From contig CM052816.1 of the NCBI GenBank assembly GCA_028534125.1, forward strand, positions 34,226,001-34,290,000: DNA of 64,000 nt, in the 5' to 3' direction. Of this stretch, positions 1 to 12,762 are shown one piece after another (within the stretch, counting starts at the first letter, position 1; the number at the start of each line of letters is the position of its first letter). This DNA is from Lama glama. Its lineage: Eukaryota. The position numbers were made by a program, and so were the translations under genes. The notes beneath the pieces are model-generated. The model searched no databases. It saw only the letters and a list, made by a program, of their open reading frames with translations, and was not told where the DNA came from.

Positions 1-59
1 AGTAGAATTAGAACAGTGACAATTAAAATTATGGACCAAAAAACCCCACCAACCTCTGT

Positions 60-390
60 ACTTTAAACAAACATTTAGGCTAATCAACAAAAATATATCT
101 CAAAAATATGTTGAATAAAAAATAAACTACAGAGAAAAATATATACCAGGTGATACAATTTAATTTTTAAAACACAAAGTTATATACCATTTATAAATAT
201 ATGCATATGGAAATACATACACCAGTTTCGGCATGGTAGCTATGTCCAAGGGGAGTGCACAGTGGTTCTGAGAAGCATTAAGACATGGCTTCGACTGAAT
301 CTGCAACATTTCACTTGGTGGGTATAATGGATGTATGCAGGATTATTCTCTATGCTTTTCCATATGTCTTATTATTTCATCAGTTAAAAA
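60..390 (+). mobile_element. Old L1 (L1M/L1ME-like) 3' UTR fragment
   Basis: Degenerate L1M 3'-end wording (ctcaaaaatatgttgaataaaa ... tattctctatgcttttc ... tttcatcagttaaaaa). Confidence 0.55.
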
Positions 391-649
391 ATTTACAAAG
401 ATTTAGAATGCTTTCCAAATTATATGCCAACCCTGATATAAGGAGCTGGATGTAGACTAGCAAAGAAATGAAAAGTCTTCAAAAAGGAACAAAAGAAGAA
501 TGATGGTGGAAAAACAGATAAGAATGATGAGAAAGTGAATCCCATTAGCCTGACCCTCTATAGGCTTCATCAGTTCCAAAGAGACTTGGCCTATGCTTAC
601 CTACAAATCAGAGCACAAAACAAGAGGATACGTGCAATTATTTTATTTA

Positions 650-2200
650 ACTATTCTATTACTCTAGATTCTCTTACCCTTAATCAGCACTTGATATGAT
701 AGCAGTTGATCTAATTTGCTTGCCTGGCAGGGTGACCTAGACCTTTAGTCCTAAGGCTTCAGAGTCCTCAAGTGCTTTACCCCTGGGCTGCTGTCGCTAC
801 AATTTTCAATGTGCAATTATCACTGAGTTTAAAGGTATCAAAAGATGACTGGTGAGTCCCCTGGATTTTAGAACTACTTCTTTCTGTCCTCATTTGTGTA
901 GTGATAGCTGTAGATCCTCACTGGGACATAATGATAAAGCTCATTGAAATTAAGATTTATTTCTCCCACCAGTATGGTAATTCCTTTCTTTACTGGTTTA
1001 GTAGCTCAAGGATCCACAAATATCCAAGTGAAAGTCAGAGCTTCAGGCTCAATGGATCCAGTATGGTCTCCCTTGTTCAAAGCATTACTTCACAGTTCTG
1101 AGAATGAGGGCTTTTAATTTAACGGATCCTAAGACTGTACAGATGACCAACTAATTCCACAAGCGAGTCCCTAGAAGAGATAATATGAGAGCCAATCCTA
1201 CTTCCACACACAGTTCCCAAATCCATGTCATTCAGCTACTGGGCACATAGCAAAAAAAATATTGGTCATTAGTTCAATGTACAAACTGCATCCTTGAAAA
1301 CAGATCCTGTACCTTGTGATATGTGACACTCAAGCTGGTACCTTAACTGAGCTCTCAAGAAGCCATTTTATCATCCTATTAGGCCAATTTTTCCCACAGG
1401 ATGTAGACACAGCAGTGGCAGGATACAACATGGGTGTAAATGCATCCATAGTCCTACCTCCTTTATGAGAAAGAATCTCTTGTGCAATGAGGCACAGTAT
1501 CTGATGTTGGTAAATCAAGCATTCAAAGCCCTCAAAGAATAGTGTTGTCAGAGGCACTGTAGACAGAGAAAGCAAACCCATATATGAAGCATGGGATACA
1601 GATTGACAATCCCGGTGTTGAATGGGTCTAGTAAAACTGACCTGCCCCTAAATGGATACCTGGTCTCTCAGGGATATCAAATCAAGGGCTTAGTGTCCAC
1701 CTCTGCTGGCAGGAGGGCAGTCAGAACTTAGCCTCAGTGCAGGCGGCCTCTATCCCTGCCACATCACTGCTCTGTTCACGGGCCTCTTGTGTAAGGACTA
1801 GGATAACCAAGAAGAAAGACTGTCTGGTATCCACAAAGTGAGTCATCTTATGCAGGTGATATTTAGTGACTCCTCTAAGTAGATGCTGGTGGGACGTGAG
1901 GCACAAAGATTCTTAATCTTTGTGTTCATTCCCATAAATCTATCCACATGTCTCTTCCTCAGACTTCTTTGTTTCTGGTTGTTTAATCTTGCTCTGAATA
2001 ACAAAACTATTCACCATGACCCATAAGACCATGTATATCCAGAGCTTAGCTCAATTGTTTATTCATACAGCATGAACAGCCAAGTGCATGGTTTGCAGCT
2101 CTGCCAAGTGGGACAATTTCTTAACTTTTCTTCATGACCACCTCTGAGAAGGTTTAATGCAGTGATGATTCACTCTTGCCTAGCAGTTACATATTATGCT
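650..2200 (-). mobile_element. ERVL/MaLR internal region, decayed RNaseH-integrase relic
   Basis: Minus ORFs 1721-1906 (MTHFVDTRQS...EAREQSS) and 1330-1581 (ECLIYQHQI) resemble ERVL Pol MTHSVDTSQPLS...WAHEQSGHGG and ECLIHRHGI. Confidence 0.75.
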
Positions 2201-2394
2201 CTGTTGTTGAAGGAAACCACACAGAAATTGTAAATGTTTTTTGAGACAGGTGACATGGAAATTTGAACCATCTGTTTATGCAATTAACTTACACCTCCTG
2301 AATCTGTTTGAATATTTCTATCACTAAATAGGGATTATTTTTCATGTGGTATATTGGAGAATGCCCTTAGGAAAAGGAGAGTGATGGTGAAAAA

Positions 2395-2809
2395 CACATT
2401 TAAGTCTTAACTCCAGTGCATCACAACATGACCTAATTTGGAAATAAGGTCTTTGCAAAATGTAGTTAAGATGAGACCATTAAGCTCCCATCCAATATGA
2501 CCCATGGTCTTATAAAATGGAAATTAGGACAGGGAGACAGGCAGGCACACAGAGAGAATGTCATGTGAAGATGAAGGCAGAAATCAGGTGATGCATCCAC
2601 AAGCCAAGGAACAAAGATTGCCAGCAAACCAATGGAAGCTAGGAGGGAGACATGGAATGGGTTCTCCTTCACAACCCTCAGAAGGAACCAACCCTTCCAA
2701 CACCTTATCTCAGATTTCGAGCCTCCAGAACCATGAGACAATGCATTTCTGTTGTTTAAGACACCCAGTTTGTACTGCTTTGCCATAGCAGCCCTAGCAA
2801 ACTAATACA
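2395..2809 (+). mobile_element. MaLR LTR (MLT1B/C-like)
   Basis: tttggaaataaggtctttgca ... ccacaagccaaggaac ... gcagccctagcaaactaataca, typical MLT1 body and 3' end. Confidence 0.85.
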
Positions 2810-2960
2810 GAGTGTGAGGGAAATTTGAGATATGGTAAAATTTTCTTAATTTTGGTCAGTGTGGTGATACAATGAGTTCAAAACTCATTGAACTTCATAC
2901 TTAAGATGGGTTAATTTTGTTGAATGTAAGTATTATTCTTCAATAAAGTTAATTTTAACA
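2810..2960 (+). mobile_element. L1 3'-end fragment
   Basis: aaaactcattgaacttcatacttaagatggg ... tcaataaagtt. Confidence 0.6.
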
Positions 2961-3629
2961 GGCATCAATTGCTATTCATGCCTGTAGACTACTTCATGCC
3001 AGTTACTATTCTGATTACTAATTAAAAATTAACTCTCTTACTGTAAGACTGTAGGATGATTACTGCATAATGGGGGCTGAGAAAAGTTTGGAGCTCACTG
3101 ATTCACTGGGTACCCATTGGGGTTTCCATGTAAATTGGCAATTCAAGCAAAGCAGATAAAAGAACACCTCTCTCCACTCTCCATTAGTTCTTCACACTCA
3201 AAAACTGCAAATACATAGAAGTCTAGGTAACTATATTTAATTTTAAAAAGTCTCCAGGAGCCAGATTGTTGTTCATGAGTGAGGTTTGAGGGAAGTGGTA
3301 AGAGAAGACTAAGACAAAGGGGGAAATAGATATGAAATTCCTTAATTAAAGACTGGGGTTTTATATCTATCCAAAGCCAGGAGTCATAGGGCTTCTTGGA
3401 ATATAGTTGGAAATCAGATCTGCTCTTCTTCTTATATAAAGCTGGGAACAGGAACAACATTGTCCTATTTCTGAACCTGGACCTAAAAAGTATCTCTCTA
3501 CCACTCAGATACACTGTCAATTGTTAAATTATTCTTTACAAATTTTGGCACTTTTGAATTTCTGATAAAAACAAAAACAAACAAAAAAAAAACAAAAAAA
3601 AACTAGTGGAAGAGTGAGCTTAAATTCTA

Positions 3630-4400
3630 GTTGGGGGAACTGATCAGTTTAATTTGGGACAGACACACGGAGTTTAAGGAGTATTTGGGACATCTGAATG
3701 TCCCAGATGTTCAGCAAGCTTACCTAGAGAAACTTAAAGAAAGCATAACCTAAGAATATGCACTGGGAGTCATCAAGGAAAGGGCTGGAGCTAGGTGACA
3801 CGTGAAACAACAAGGACATTGGGCAGAAACAGAAGCCTGAGCTTCACCAACATCTGAAGAATTAGGAGGAGCATAAATGGTCACAGGCAGAAGAAGGCAA
3901 CTGGGAGAAAACGGTGGTACCAACACCAAGCACATAGAGTAGGTGAGCATGCATGTGAGAAATCCAGAAACTGAAAATTGGAAAATGTTCCCTGGAACTG
4001 GTAATTAGATATTAGTTCATAGTCTTCAAGAGCCATTTCCAAAGTGTGGGAGGCTGAAAGCAAATCACAGCGAATTGAGGACAGAAGGGTAAATGAAGGA
4101 ATAGAATATAGTTAATATTATAGGAAAAGAAGAGTAAAGATATAGTAAGAAATTTACATGAGATGAGAGCTGAGAGATTTTACACTGTCAGAGAGGAGAC
4201 ACAGTGTCAAGACAGGAAGGGTGAGAATGTGATACATGTCAGTCTCTTAAAAAGAAAAAAAAAAAGAGCCAGTAGAGACAACAAATTAATGATGTAGGAG
4301 AGAGAAATGTTAGTAAACATAATGTCTACAGATGGGGAAGGAGACGGATTTAAGGGAACAGATGAAGAAGTGGGCTGGGAAAAGAAGAAAGGCCTTTATT
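3630..4400 (-). mobile_element. L2 LINE fragment
   Basis: Purine-rich antisense L2 pattern (tttgggac...gagtttaagg...ctgggagtcatca). Confidence 0.55.
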
Positions 4401-7348
4401 TTTAAGAATTGGAGGAAAATATGTCAGATGCATATAAGTACAAATAAGCATTCTGGTAGGGAAACAAAAGCCTATTGAAAAGGGAGTGTGCTGAGCCCCT
4501 GAAGTAATCAAAGATATTTGAAAGTCATCAATCCCAAAAGAATGCTTTTTATGACTAAAGTGTATTCCTTTGAGATGATAGTCGTATTACCTCAGCCATG
4601 CTAAATCCGGTACATTTAGAAAATGATGGTACATAAAAACATATTCACAAAATAACTCTCATGAGTAAAATTAACTTTGTCACTAAAAAGTCCACATAGG
4701 AATATAAAACATGATTTTCTAAGTGTGTCTTTCCCAACGGGACCTACTTTGATAGAAAAGAAGGAGTTGGATCATGGTGAGTCATGTAGCCTCTGTCTTA
4801 TAGAGGTTGCTCTTAGAAAATAATGTCCTTTCTCTAGTTAAATATTATATTAGATAAAAGAGTGTGTTGTCTATGCCAAGAAGCACTGTAGTTGCACATT
4901 AGTGGGTGTATGCATGTGTGGAAGACAGACAGGGGTTGGAAGGAAGCCTTATCTTACTGCATTTCTAGTTTTCTTACTGCATGGATCACAGCAAAGAGAT
5001 TTAGCCACAGTCTCAGCCACTGCTATAGAGATCGATTCCCAATTAACTCTCGGAAGACCTCTCTTTCTTGAATATCCTTTTGCTTTAGGATATTCAGATA
5101 CCTGCTTAGACTTTTCCTCTAATCCTTCCTATAGAGAAGGGAAGCTTCCTGGTTTGCCTCCATGGTGAACAGTGAAATCTTTGCCTATTAATGCAGAAAA
5201 CATACACTTTAAACTATATGCCATAAGGGCAATGAAAAACAGGTTATAATAGTTGTTTATTTGTGTGGGCAAATAGCATTTCTAGTTAGTAAACACACGT
5301 TTCCTCACTGCCCCCCTCCTCCAGTGTGTGACTGTTTGGACATGTCGAGTCAGTAAATCAGGCAGTTTACTGACCTGATTATAATTTTGAGGCCATCAGT
5401 TATACTGTTATGTCCTGTACTCAGATGGATTGTGTATGATGGAGGAAAGTGTTAGCAGCTAATGTAAAACAAATGTGCTGGCAGGTTAACTATTTGGTTC
5501 TCCAGTGAAACTCCTTCTTCTGTTGTTACGATGGTCTGTAACAATCAACAATTTAGTTGGGGATTTGAGGAGGCTCTCCTAACTTAGTAAGAATGATACA
5601 TTGCTGTTCAAGTCACACACTTAGTCCCGGCCTGTACATCTGGGGTTTTCTAGAGCATAATTTCATACCGCTTTCTGTACCTCCACACACTCCAAAGCAG
5701 GAGTTAATTCATACTGGACGCAGTTTCCTACAACTCTCTGTTTTGAAGTCATCAGGTATGAAGCAAGCTCGGGGCCAAGAGTTAATGCCTTACTGCTCCA
5801 CCTGCCATGGAGTGCTTTGAGTCTGAGATATGACAGCTTGACCAAAAGGGATTCTGTGAGCACACATTTTTCAGAAATAATAACATCTGAGTGCCTGTCT
5901 CATTTCCCTTTGCCTGGTGATACCTTCACAAAGGCCATTTAGAAAGGATTCAGCCGCTTGCAAGATACAGAATTTGAGTTCTAAAATGTCCAAAGGTGAG
6001 TGAACGCCCCCTTTTCCTTCTCTGGAGCATTTCTAATCACAATTTTGTTACCAGAGTCTAGATGCTGAATGAGACAAACCTACCTGAAACTCTAAAAATG
6101 ACACCTTCTGTGCTGCTACTCTGTCTTGTGAGGTTACCAAAGGAAAGCTGTTGAATGATTTGCAGCTCACTATAACCAGAGTATTCACAAATAGGAAACT
6201 GTCAGTTTTTTTGTTTGTTTTTTAATCCTGGAAGATGCCAGACTGACAGTGTTTATGGCTGGGCTCTTAGATTTGGGATCACACCCATGGTAAGAGGCAG
6301 GCTAAAATGGCAGTGAGTCTGATGGCCTCTACCTTCCAAAAAACAATGGAAAGTGATTTTCTCATTTTGAACTGAGAAGAGTAATGTCCACGTTCATTAT
6401 CTGGCCACCCTTCTGGGGGCCAGACAGAATGCCAACTGAGACACTTTGGACAGAGCCAACAACTCTGCCTCCTGGCAGCAAAGCCTTCAATAGTTTAACC
6501 CAAAACTAGAAGTCACCAATGCTATAGTGCTTCCTACATATCACCATTTATAAAACTGAACCATTTTATTACCCTATTCCTGGACCTATTATTTATGGGT
6601 TTTTAGTTCAGAAATAAAATATGGGGGCATCATAGGAGGGGAGAAGGATCTTACTTCCTTTCCTGCCCTATCAAATTAAGTATTGGCTTTACCATTCCTG
6701 AAATAAATGAGCGTGATATTTACATCCATGTTCACCCGTCATTCGTTCCACCACTCACAGGAACTAGAAAACTGTTAATTGCATAGGATGTTCCAAACAA
6801 GAATGCCACGAAACAGAATTTCTAGCGAGTGAGGGAGTATTCTAGCAGTTTCTGGTGAGGTAGCTAATTATTTTTTAGGGATGCTTTTAAGAATAATCCT
6901 GCTACTAACGACATTAAGACTGAATGGGACTAAACTTCAACGGAGAGAAAATAGTACTCTTGAGACTTGTACTCGAGAAAATTGATTAAGACAGTTCCCC
7001 ACTTCAATACAGGTAAGAAAACTGATATTCTGCTACTGATAGAAATGCGACACCTCAGAGCATATGAATATTTCTTACAGAACTTCTTGTCCTAGCTTAG
7101 CAGGGCTACATCTTTGCACACTCTGGATGTGCTGAGCTGTCTAAAGGCAGCGTGGAAAGAGCACCTTCTCCCTTTTTCTTTTCACCCCACTAGTTCAAAA
7201 ACAAAAAGAAAGCAAACAAACAAAAACAATATTTACTTCACCCACTTTACTGGTGATTAAATTTTCCTTCACAGGACATCAACCTTTCATTTCCCAATAG
7301 AAGGATACTTAATTCAGTACCTTTGCAAGGTATACATCAGGACCTTAC

Positions 7349-7415
7349 CTGAGGTCTGGTTTTATGAGAGGCCAGCTGGCATACGGGTAACTGTTTTGGA
7401 AGAATGGATGCCATT
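7349..7415 (-). other. Candidate 67-nt exon
   Basis: Minus strand: tttttgttttccccacag|AATGGCATCC...AGACCTCAG|gtaagg; strong acceptor and donor in unique sequence; no transcript evidence. Confidence 0.5.
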
Positions 7416-7539
7416 CTGTGGGGAAAACAAAAAATAAAAAGGAAGTTAAACAATACTTAAGACAGAGTTTGGGCACCCCTCAAAGTAACCTGGGGCCAGA
7501 TTTCACACTGAGACTGGCTTGTTGGAGAAGTTCTTGGAA

Positions 7540-7745
7540 CAAAGGCATTGTAGTCAGGCACGCTTTGGTCGAAATCCCATCTTTGCTGTACTGATCTATA
7601 AAATTTTAGGCAAATCAATTGTCTCTAAACCTCATTTTTCTCTTCTATAGAACGCACATTAGTTTCTTGGCTTTTAATGGGGATTTCAGTAAATGATGAC
7701 CACTGCAGAGACATCACTGTGTCAGAGGCTCATAGTAGGGACCCA
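7540..7745 (+). mobile_element. MIR SINE
   Basis: gcattgtagtcaggc...aaatcccatctttgc...ggcaaatca...cctcatttttctcttctat. Confidence 0.55.
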
Positions 7746-7870
7746 GAGAAATAGTCAAGTGAGAGACATTGACTACTCCTTAGAAAACAGCATAGAAAAC
7801 AAATGAATTATACATAGAAACAGAGACTTTCCCCAAAGTTCCTTTAAAACTTTTGGGACAGATAGTAAAA

Positions 7871-8580
7871 TGTTAAACTGGGTAAAATAATCTCCTCTCT
7901 GACAGTGATTACCTGAGACCCGAGGAAGATGTTTATTTAGCCCAGGAAGCCCTGTGCGGAGGTATAACATAGGGTGTTTTGCTTCTGAAGGACTTGATCA
8001 AGATGGTCTTAGCCATCCCCTCAGCCTGACTAAACTTTACATACACTTCTCCATGACTCTAGGCCCCTGACCACCCTTTCCTTAGAGCATTTATTTTAGA
8101 AAACTTGTCATTATAAATCCTTTCCCTGCCCCTCTGAGTTGTATGTAAAGCTTCTATTTGCCTCTTGCCAGTTTTACAACCCAGGAAATGTTTTTCTCAA
8201 GGACCAATGAATCCTTTTGGAATGTAAACACTGAAGGATAAAGCGCTCCAACTTCCCAGTTTCTGTGGAGGGTAGGAGTCTAACTTCTATGGGTGCCAAT
8301 TAGCAAACACAGGTGGCTTAACCACAGAAAAAAATATTTGCCAACTCAGGAGTAACTAAATGTGCTCGATAAATCCCACTGATCAACCTGCCCTCTAACG
8401 TCCTCCAGTGCTTTTCCACTAGCTCATCCCCAAGGTTTAAAACTCTTTGCCTTTTGGTTCAGTGAGGCTAAGTATCCAGACTTGCTCTGGGCTCTCTGCC
8501 CTATTGCTGGCAATGGTATCAGAATAAAATCAACTTCTGTCTGCTCATCTTGTCTGGTACCATTTTTTTTTCCATTAATA
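7871..8580 (+). mobile_element. ERV1-type solo LTR (MER34/MER39-like)
   Basis: TG start; gcctcttgccagttttacaacccaggaa and cccagtttctgtggagggtaggagtctaacttc blocks; aataaa near 8523. Confidence 0.7.
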
Positions 8581-8822
8581 AGCTCCACTCTTGCTTTGGG
8601 GCCTCCTCTTAGCCATGAGTACCTCTGTCAACATCTAGTCTGATACAGTTTCCAAAACCTTCAAGGGGTGATGAATTGCAGGATAATGAAATTTGCAATG
8701 GAGGCGAGCTCCAGGGAGGTCCAGCTATACTTGGAGACCTTTAAGGTCTGCTACAGAATGTCTATCTCCTAACAGCTTCCTCTTGTGAGTCTACTTCCTG
8801 CTGATCTCTCGCGGTAGACTGG

Positions 8823-9260
8823 TGTAGCAAAACATAGTGTCAGTGGCCTTATATTTGCTTCTTGTACACATGGCCTTTTGCAATGTGACTTTGCCACCTC
8901 TCTTACCAAGAGATGCAGTCTTTTTCTCTAACTCATCAATCTGAGCACGGTCTTATGTCTTGCTTTAGTTAATGGGACACTAGCCAATAGGCCAGAAACA
9001 AATTTCAGAAGTGTGCATTGGGGCTTGTCCTTTCTTGCATGTTACTGGGACCTGTACTGCCTCCAGCTAATGAGGAGCCACATGAAGAGATCCCACCCAT
9101 CACAGCTTCCCCAGCTGAGTTCCTAAGCACCTGAGTGAAGCCATTCTAACCCCAGGTGATCTATCACACTCCAAAGCATCTAGCCAGCCTACAGAACCAT
9201 GATAAATGATACATATTTATTGTTTTAAAATTCGAGTTTACTTTTTTTAATACAGAAAAA
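8823..9260 (+). mobile_element. Old MaLR LTR (MLT1G/H-like)
   Basis: ttgcaatgtgactttgcc ... cttgctttagttaatgg ... gcctacagaaccatga ... ttgttttaa. Confidence 0.7.
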
Positions 9261-9363
9261 GTTGGTAACATTCAGCCATTACCTTTATTAAGAAAGCATG
9301 CACAAAAGGAAGAAGAAAGGAACAAAGAGGAAATACCAAATCAACTGCAAAGGTAAGTTCAAA

Positions 9364-11381
9364 ATGGCAATAAACACACATCTATCATTAATTACTGTAA
9401 ATGTTAATGGGATAAATGCTCCAGTCAAAAGGCATAGAGTGGCAGACTGGATAATAAAGCAAGAACCTTCAATATGCTGCAAAGAAGAGACTCACTTTAG
9501 GGAGAAGGACATATATAGATTGACAGTGAAAGGATGGAAAAGGATATTACATGAAAATGGAAAAGCCAAAAAAGCAGGTGTTGCAGTACTGATTTCAGAC
9601 AAAATAGACTTTAAAACAAAGGCCATAAAGACAGAAATCAACAACAGAGAAACAAGGGAGAAAAAAAGGAAAGCATGGAGATTAAACAACATGCTATTAA
9701 AAAACCAATGGGTCAATGAGAAAATCAAAGCTGAAATTAAAAAATACCTTGAGATAAATGAAAATGAAAGCACAACCACACAAAACTTATGGGACACAGC
9801 AAAGGCAGTGCTAAGAGGGAAGTTTATAGCGATACAGGCCTTCCTCAAAAAAGAACAATCTCAAATAAACAATTTAACCCACCAACTAAAAGAACTAGAA
9901 AAAGAAGAACAAAATACCCCAAAGGCAGCAGAAGGAAGGAAATTCTAAAGATCAGGGAGGAAATACATAAAATAGAGATTAAAAAGACCATATAAAAATC
10001 AATCAAACCAAAAGTTGATTTTCTGAAAAAGTAAATAAAATTGACAAACCTCTGGCCAAACTCACAAAGAAGAAAAAAGAGAGAGCACAAATTAGCAAAA
10101 TAATAAAGGAAAATGGAGAAATTACAACAAATAAAATAGAAATACAGAATATCATAAGAAAATATTATAAAAAAACTATATGGAACCAAACTGGATAACC
10201 TAGAGGAGACAGACAAGTTTCTGGAAACATACAGTCCACCAAGACTGAATCAAGAAGAAACTGACCACTTCAACAAACTGATCACTAGAAATGAAATCGA
10301 AATAGCAATAAAAAGCCTCCCTACAAATAAAAGTCCAGGACCAGATGGCTTCACTGGGGAATTCTACCAAACATACAAAGAAGAACTCATACCAGTCCTT
10401 CTCAAACTCTACCAGAAGACTGAAAAAGAGAAAATACTCCCAAGCTCATTCTATGAAGCCACCATCACCCTGATACCAAAACCAGGCAAAGACACTACCA
10501 AAAAAGAGAATTATAGGCCAATATCACTGATGAACATAGACGCCAAAATCCTCACCAAAATATTAGTGAATAGAATCCAACAACACATAAAAACGATTAT
10601 ACATCATGACCAAGTGGAGTTCATCCCAGGGACACAAGGGTGGTTCAACATAAGCAAATCAGTCAATGTAATACATCACATCAACAAGAGAAAGGACAAA
10701 AAACACATGATCATTTCAATAGATGCAGAAAAAGCATTTGATAAAATTCAACACTCATTTATGATAAAAACTCTCACCAAAGTGTGTACAGAGGGAACAT
10801 ATCTCAACATAATAAAAGTTATATATGACAAACCTACAGCCAGCATAGTACTCAATGGTGAAAAACTCAAAAGCTCCCCTTTAAAATCTGGGACAAGACA
10901 GGGATGCCCAGTATCACCACTCCTATTCAACATAGTCCTGGAAGTCCTAGCCACAGCAATCAGGCAAGAGAGAGAAATAAAAAGGATCCAAATTGGAAAA
11001 GAAGAGGTAAAAGTGTCACTATATGCCGACAATATGTTACTATATATAGAAAACCCTAAAAGGTCCACACAACAGCTACTAGAGCTGATCGAAGAATTCA
11101 GCAAGGTACCAGGTTACAAGATCAACGTTCAAAAATCAGTTGCATTTCTTTACACTAACGATGAATCAACAGATAAGGAAAATAAAGAAACAATCCCCTT
11201 TAAAATAGCACCCAAAGTAATAAAATATCTGGGAATAAATCTAACCAAGGAGGTGAAAGAATTATACACAGAAAACTATAAACCATTGATGAAGGAAATT
11301 AAAGAAGACTTTAAAAAATGGAAAGATATTCCATGCTCTTGGATTGGAAGAATCAATATTGTTAAAATGGTCACACTGCCC
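9364..11381 (+). pseudogene. Disabled L1 ORF2p (EN N-terminus + RT), continuing into the gap
   Basis: [16 protein letters not shown]...ETH...[16 protein letters not shown] (EN); [31 protein letters not shown] (RT); frameshift near 9925, stop at 9993-9995, internal deletion near 9630. Confidence 0.95.
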
Positions 11382-11881
11382 NNNNNNNNNNNNNNNNNNN
11401 NNNNNNNNNNNNNNNNNNNNNNNNNNNNNNNNNNNNNNNNNNNNNNNNNNNNNNNNNNNNNNNNNNNNNNNNNNNNNNNNNNNNNNNNNNNNNNNNNNNN
11501 NNNNNNNNNNNNNNNNNNNNNNNNNNNNNNNNNNNNNNNNNNNNNNNNNNNNNNNNNNNNNNNNNNNNNNNNNNNNNNNNNNNNNNNNNNNNNNNNNNNN
11601 NNNNNNNNNNNNNNNNNNNNNNNNNNNNNNNNNNNNNNNNNNNNNNNNNNNNNNNNNNNNNNNNNNNNNNNNNNNNNNNNNNNNNNNNNNNNNNNNNNNN
11701 NNNNNNNNNNNNNNNNNNNNNNNNNNNNNNNNNNNNNNNNNNNNNNNNNNNNNNNNNNNNNNNNNNNNNNNNNNNNNNNNNNNNNNNNNNNNNNNNNNNN
11801 NNNNNNNNNNNNNNNNNNNNNNNNNNNNNNNNNNNNNNNNNNNNNNNNNNNNNNNNNNNNNNNNNNNNNNNNNNNNNNNNN
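11382..11881. other. Assembly gap (exactly 500 N)
   Basis: Run of N directly visible. Confidence 1.
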
Positions 11882-12624
11882 TGGTAGCTCACAGAGAAAA
11901 AAATGTGACAATGAATATATATATGTTCATGCATAACTGAGAAATTGTGCTCTACACTGGAATTTGACACAACATTGTAAAATGATTATAAATCAATAAA
12001 AAATGTTAAAAAAAAAAAAAAAAAGAAAGCATGAGTCAGTTCCCAGCCAAGTGACACAATGAGATATTAGCCGGAAAAGGAGGGGTATCCAAGAAAACAT
12101 TTCTTCATAGGGTTATCCTCAAACCTGAAATGTTAGCTGGAATTTAAAAGAAGTTTTTAAAGGTAATTCAGAATCTCACATAAAATCAATCTCTCTGTAA
12201 GACTAAAAATACCTCAGCTTTGAACACTGTTTTCATTCTTATTAGACTTGAAAGCATGTCCATTGATCCAGCAGGAGCAATTTGCTAATAATTAGGCTGG
12301 CAAGACAGGCTTGGGATTGTTATGAAAAGGCTGGGTGAGGGGCCCTTTCAGTTCACAGAAGTCACTGCCCTAATGAGAGAGAAAAGATGAAGAAGCAACA
12401 ACTGAAAAATGCCTCTGTTTCCTAAAATTCAGGTGAGATTAAACTCTATCACAGAAGAATAACTTCCAAGCGAGAAACCACCCCATGCAGTATTCGTTGC
12501 CCTCTCTAGAGAAGAAATGGTCTTTTAAGTCAAGTTCCCCTCTCAAGAGAGCCTGCAACACTTACCTCTCCTCCTCCTTTTTTCTTCCTCTCCTTCTCCT
12601 TCTTTGTCTTCCATGAGTGTAAAC

Positions 12625-12762
12625 AATATGCACCTGTCCATCTCTCCCATTAGATGTGAAGTTCCTTGAAGGCAGGATCTGTGCTTAATTCATGTTTTTA
12701 TCTCCTACAGCACAAGGTACAGAGGAGGCGCTCAATAAATGTTAGTTCAATAAATGAATGGA
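12625..12762 (+). mobile_element. L2 3' end
   Basis: ccattagatgtgaagttccttgaaggcagg ... gcgctcaataaatgttagttcaataaatgaatg. Confidence 0.8.

Larger units (their letters stand above)
9290..12033 (+). mobile_element. Young 5'-truncated LINE-1 insertion with TSD and poly(A)
   Basis: TSD aagaaagcatg at 9290-9300 and 12023-12033; aataaa 11995-12000; A-tail 12008-12022; ORF2 homology throughout. Confidence 0.95.

Noticed and set aside
3686..3712. Hairpin tgggacat-ctga-atgtccca
   Set aside because: Lies within an L2 relic whose consensus already has ggacatc...gatgtcc symmetry
9288..11104. Minus-strand hydrophobic ORFs (9492-9848, 9845-10216, 10748-11104)
   Set aside because: Antisense shadows of A-rich L1 ORF2, not membrane proteins
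11276..11970. Long ORFs of 198-468 aa crossing 11382-11881
   Set aside because: Their length comes from translating the N gap; only the L1 RT part of 10530-11381 is real
12560..12612. Strong minus-strand donor (GAG|gtaagt) beside a pyrimidine tract
   Set aside because: No matching acceptor upstream on that strand; low-complexity sequence next to an L2 end
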